35,734 nucleotides of DNA from assembly GCF_001194135.2 (NCBI RefSeq), contig NC_068996.1, forward strand, positions 12,545,045 through 12,580,778, in the 5' to 3' direction. The DNA is from Octopus bimaculoides. Lineage: Eukaryota. Positions 34,958 to 35,734 of this stretch are shown one piece after another. Positions within the stretch are counted from its first letter, which is position 1. Every line of letters starts with the position of its first letter. The translations under genes were made by a program, and so were the position numbers. Below the pieces are notes generated by a model that made no database searches, was not told the DNA's origin, and worked only from the letters and a program-made list of their open reading frames with translations.

Positions 34958-35149
34958 CAATTTAGCATTCAAATCAGCCATACCTGGCCCAAATATTCTA
35001 CCTATTTAATGTCCAAACTGACCAGATGTGATTTCTCATACCTTAGGCATATCATGAAATCTCAAAGCTACAAGATGGTGCAGGGTTAATTCAAAACAGT
35101 GTGAATAAATAAGGATTACATTTGCCACAGTAATCTGAATGCCAAAGGG
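34958..35149. mobile_element. piggyBac-type MITE, second copy
   Basis: TTAA flanks (34954-34957, 35150-35153); homologous to 24527-24722. Confidence 0.75.
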
Positions 35150-35164
35150 TTAAAGTGAAAAATA

Positions 35165-35470
35165 ATCTTTTACTTGTATAAGTCATTGGAATGTGGTCAT
35201 GCTGGAGTCACCACCTTGAAGAATTCGGTCCAATAAATCAATCACAGTATTAGTTTTCTACCCAAGTCTGATACTTATTCTATCAGTGTCTTTTTGCCAA
35301 ACTGCTAAGTTACAGGAACATAAACACACCAACACCAGTTGTCATGCAGTGGTGGGGAACAAACATAAACACAGACATATACATTTAGACACACATACAT
35401 ACACACACACACAATAGGCTTCTTTCAGTTTCCGTCTACCAAATCCACTCACAAGGCTTTGGCCACCTCA
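35165..35470 (-). mobile_element. 5'-truncated B-C SINE
   Basis: C body, (CA)n and 3' part of B head. Confidence 0.8.
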
Positions 35471-35734
35471 GGGTGTACCTAGATGAAAAAAAACAAAAAA
35501 AAGAAAACTTTCAAAATGAAAGGGTTGACAAGAAGTACAGCTTTTAGAGATGTTATCTCCAAAGACTCCACATTCAGTACCGTCTAGGTGAACTTTTACA
35601 TCATCTAAAGAATCGAATGTTTCAAACAAAATATGATTTCAAAGGAAATGATACATATTTCATGGTTTTCTATGACTTCCAGCAATTTTACACTTTTCAA
35701 AATAACTGTAGAATTGTGTGTATATATATATGTA

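Overview
AT-rich, gap-containing (N-run) eukaryotic DNA made almost entirely of interspersed repeats and microsatellites. The repeat families look like those of a coleoid cephalopod, most likely Octopus (inference from recalled repeat motifs, not verified). No host protein-coding gene can be identified, and most ORF-track entries are translations of microsatellites, N-gaps or SINEs. Supported content: several tRNA-headed SINE families with shared or swapped modules (informal labels A1/A2, B-C, B-D, F, H); a headless (GAT)n-tailed element D; remnants of Tx1/L1, RTE, R4/Dong and Penelope-like retroelements; two internally deleted DD37D(maT)-like transposons; two non-autonomous Helitrons; one HINE/Helentron-type element; and piggyBac-type TTAA MITEs. 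The most interesting non-TE signal is a ~210-bp segment duplicated 2148 bp apart with a 61-bp identical core, which on the minus strand frames a 30-nt AG...GT candidate micro-exon in both copies. Coordinates are hand-read; boundaries of degenerate copies are approximate.
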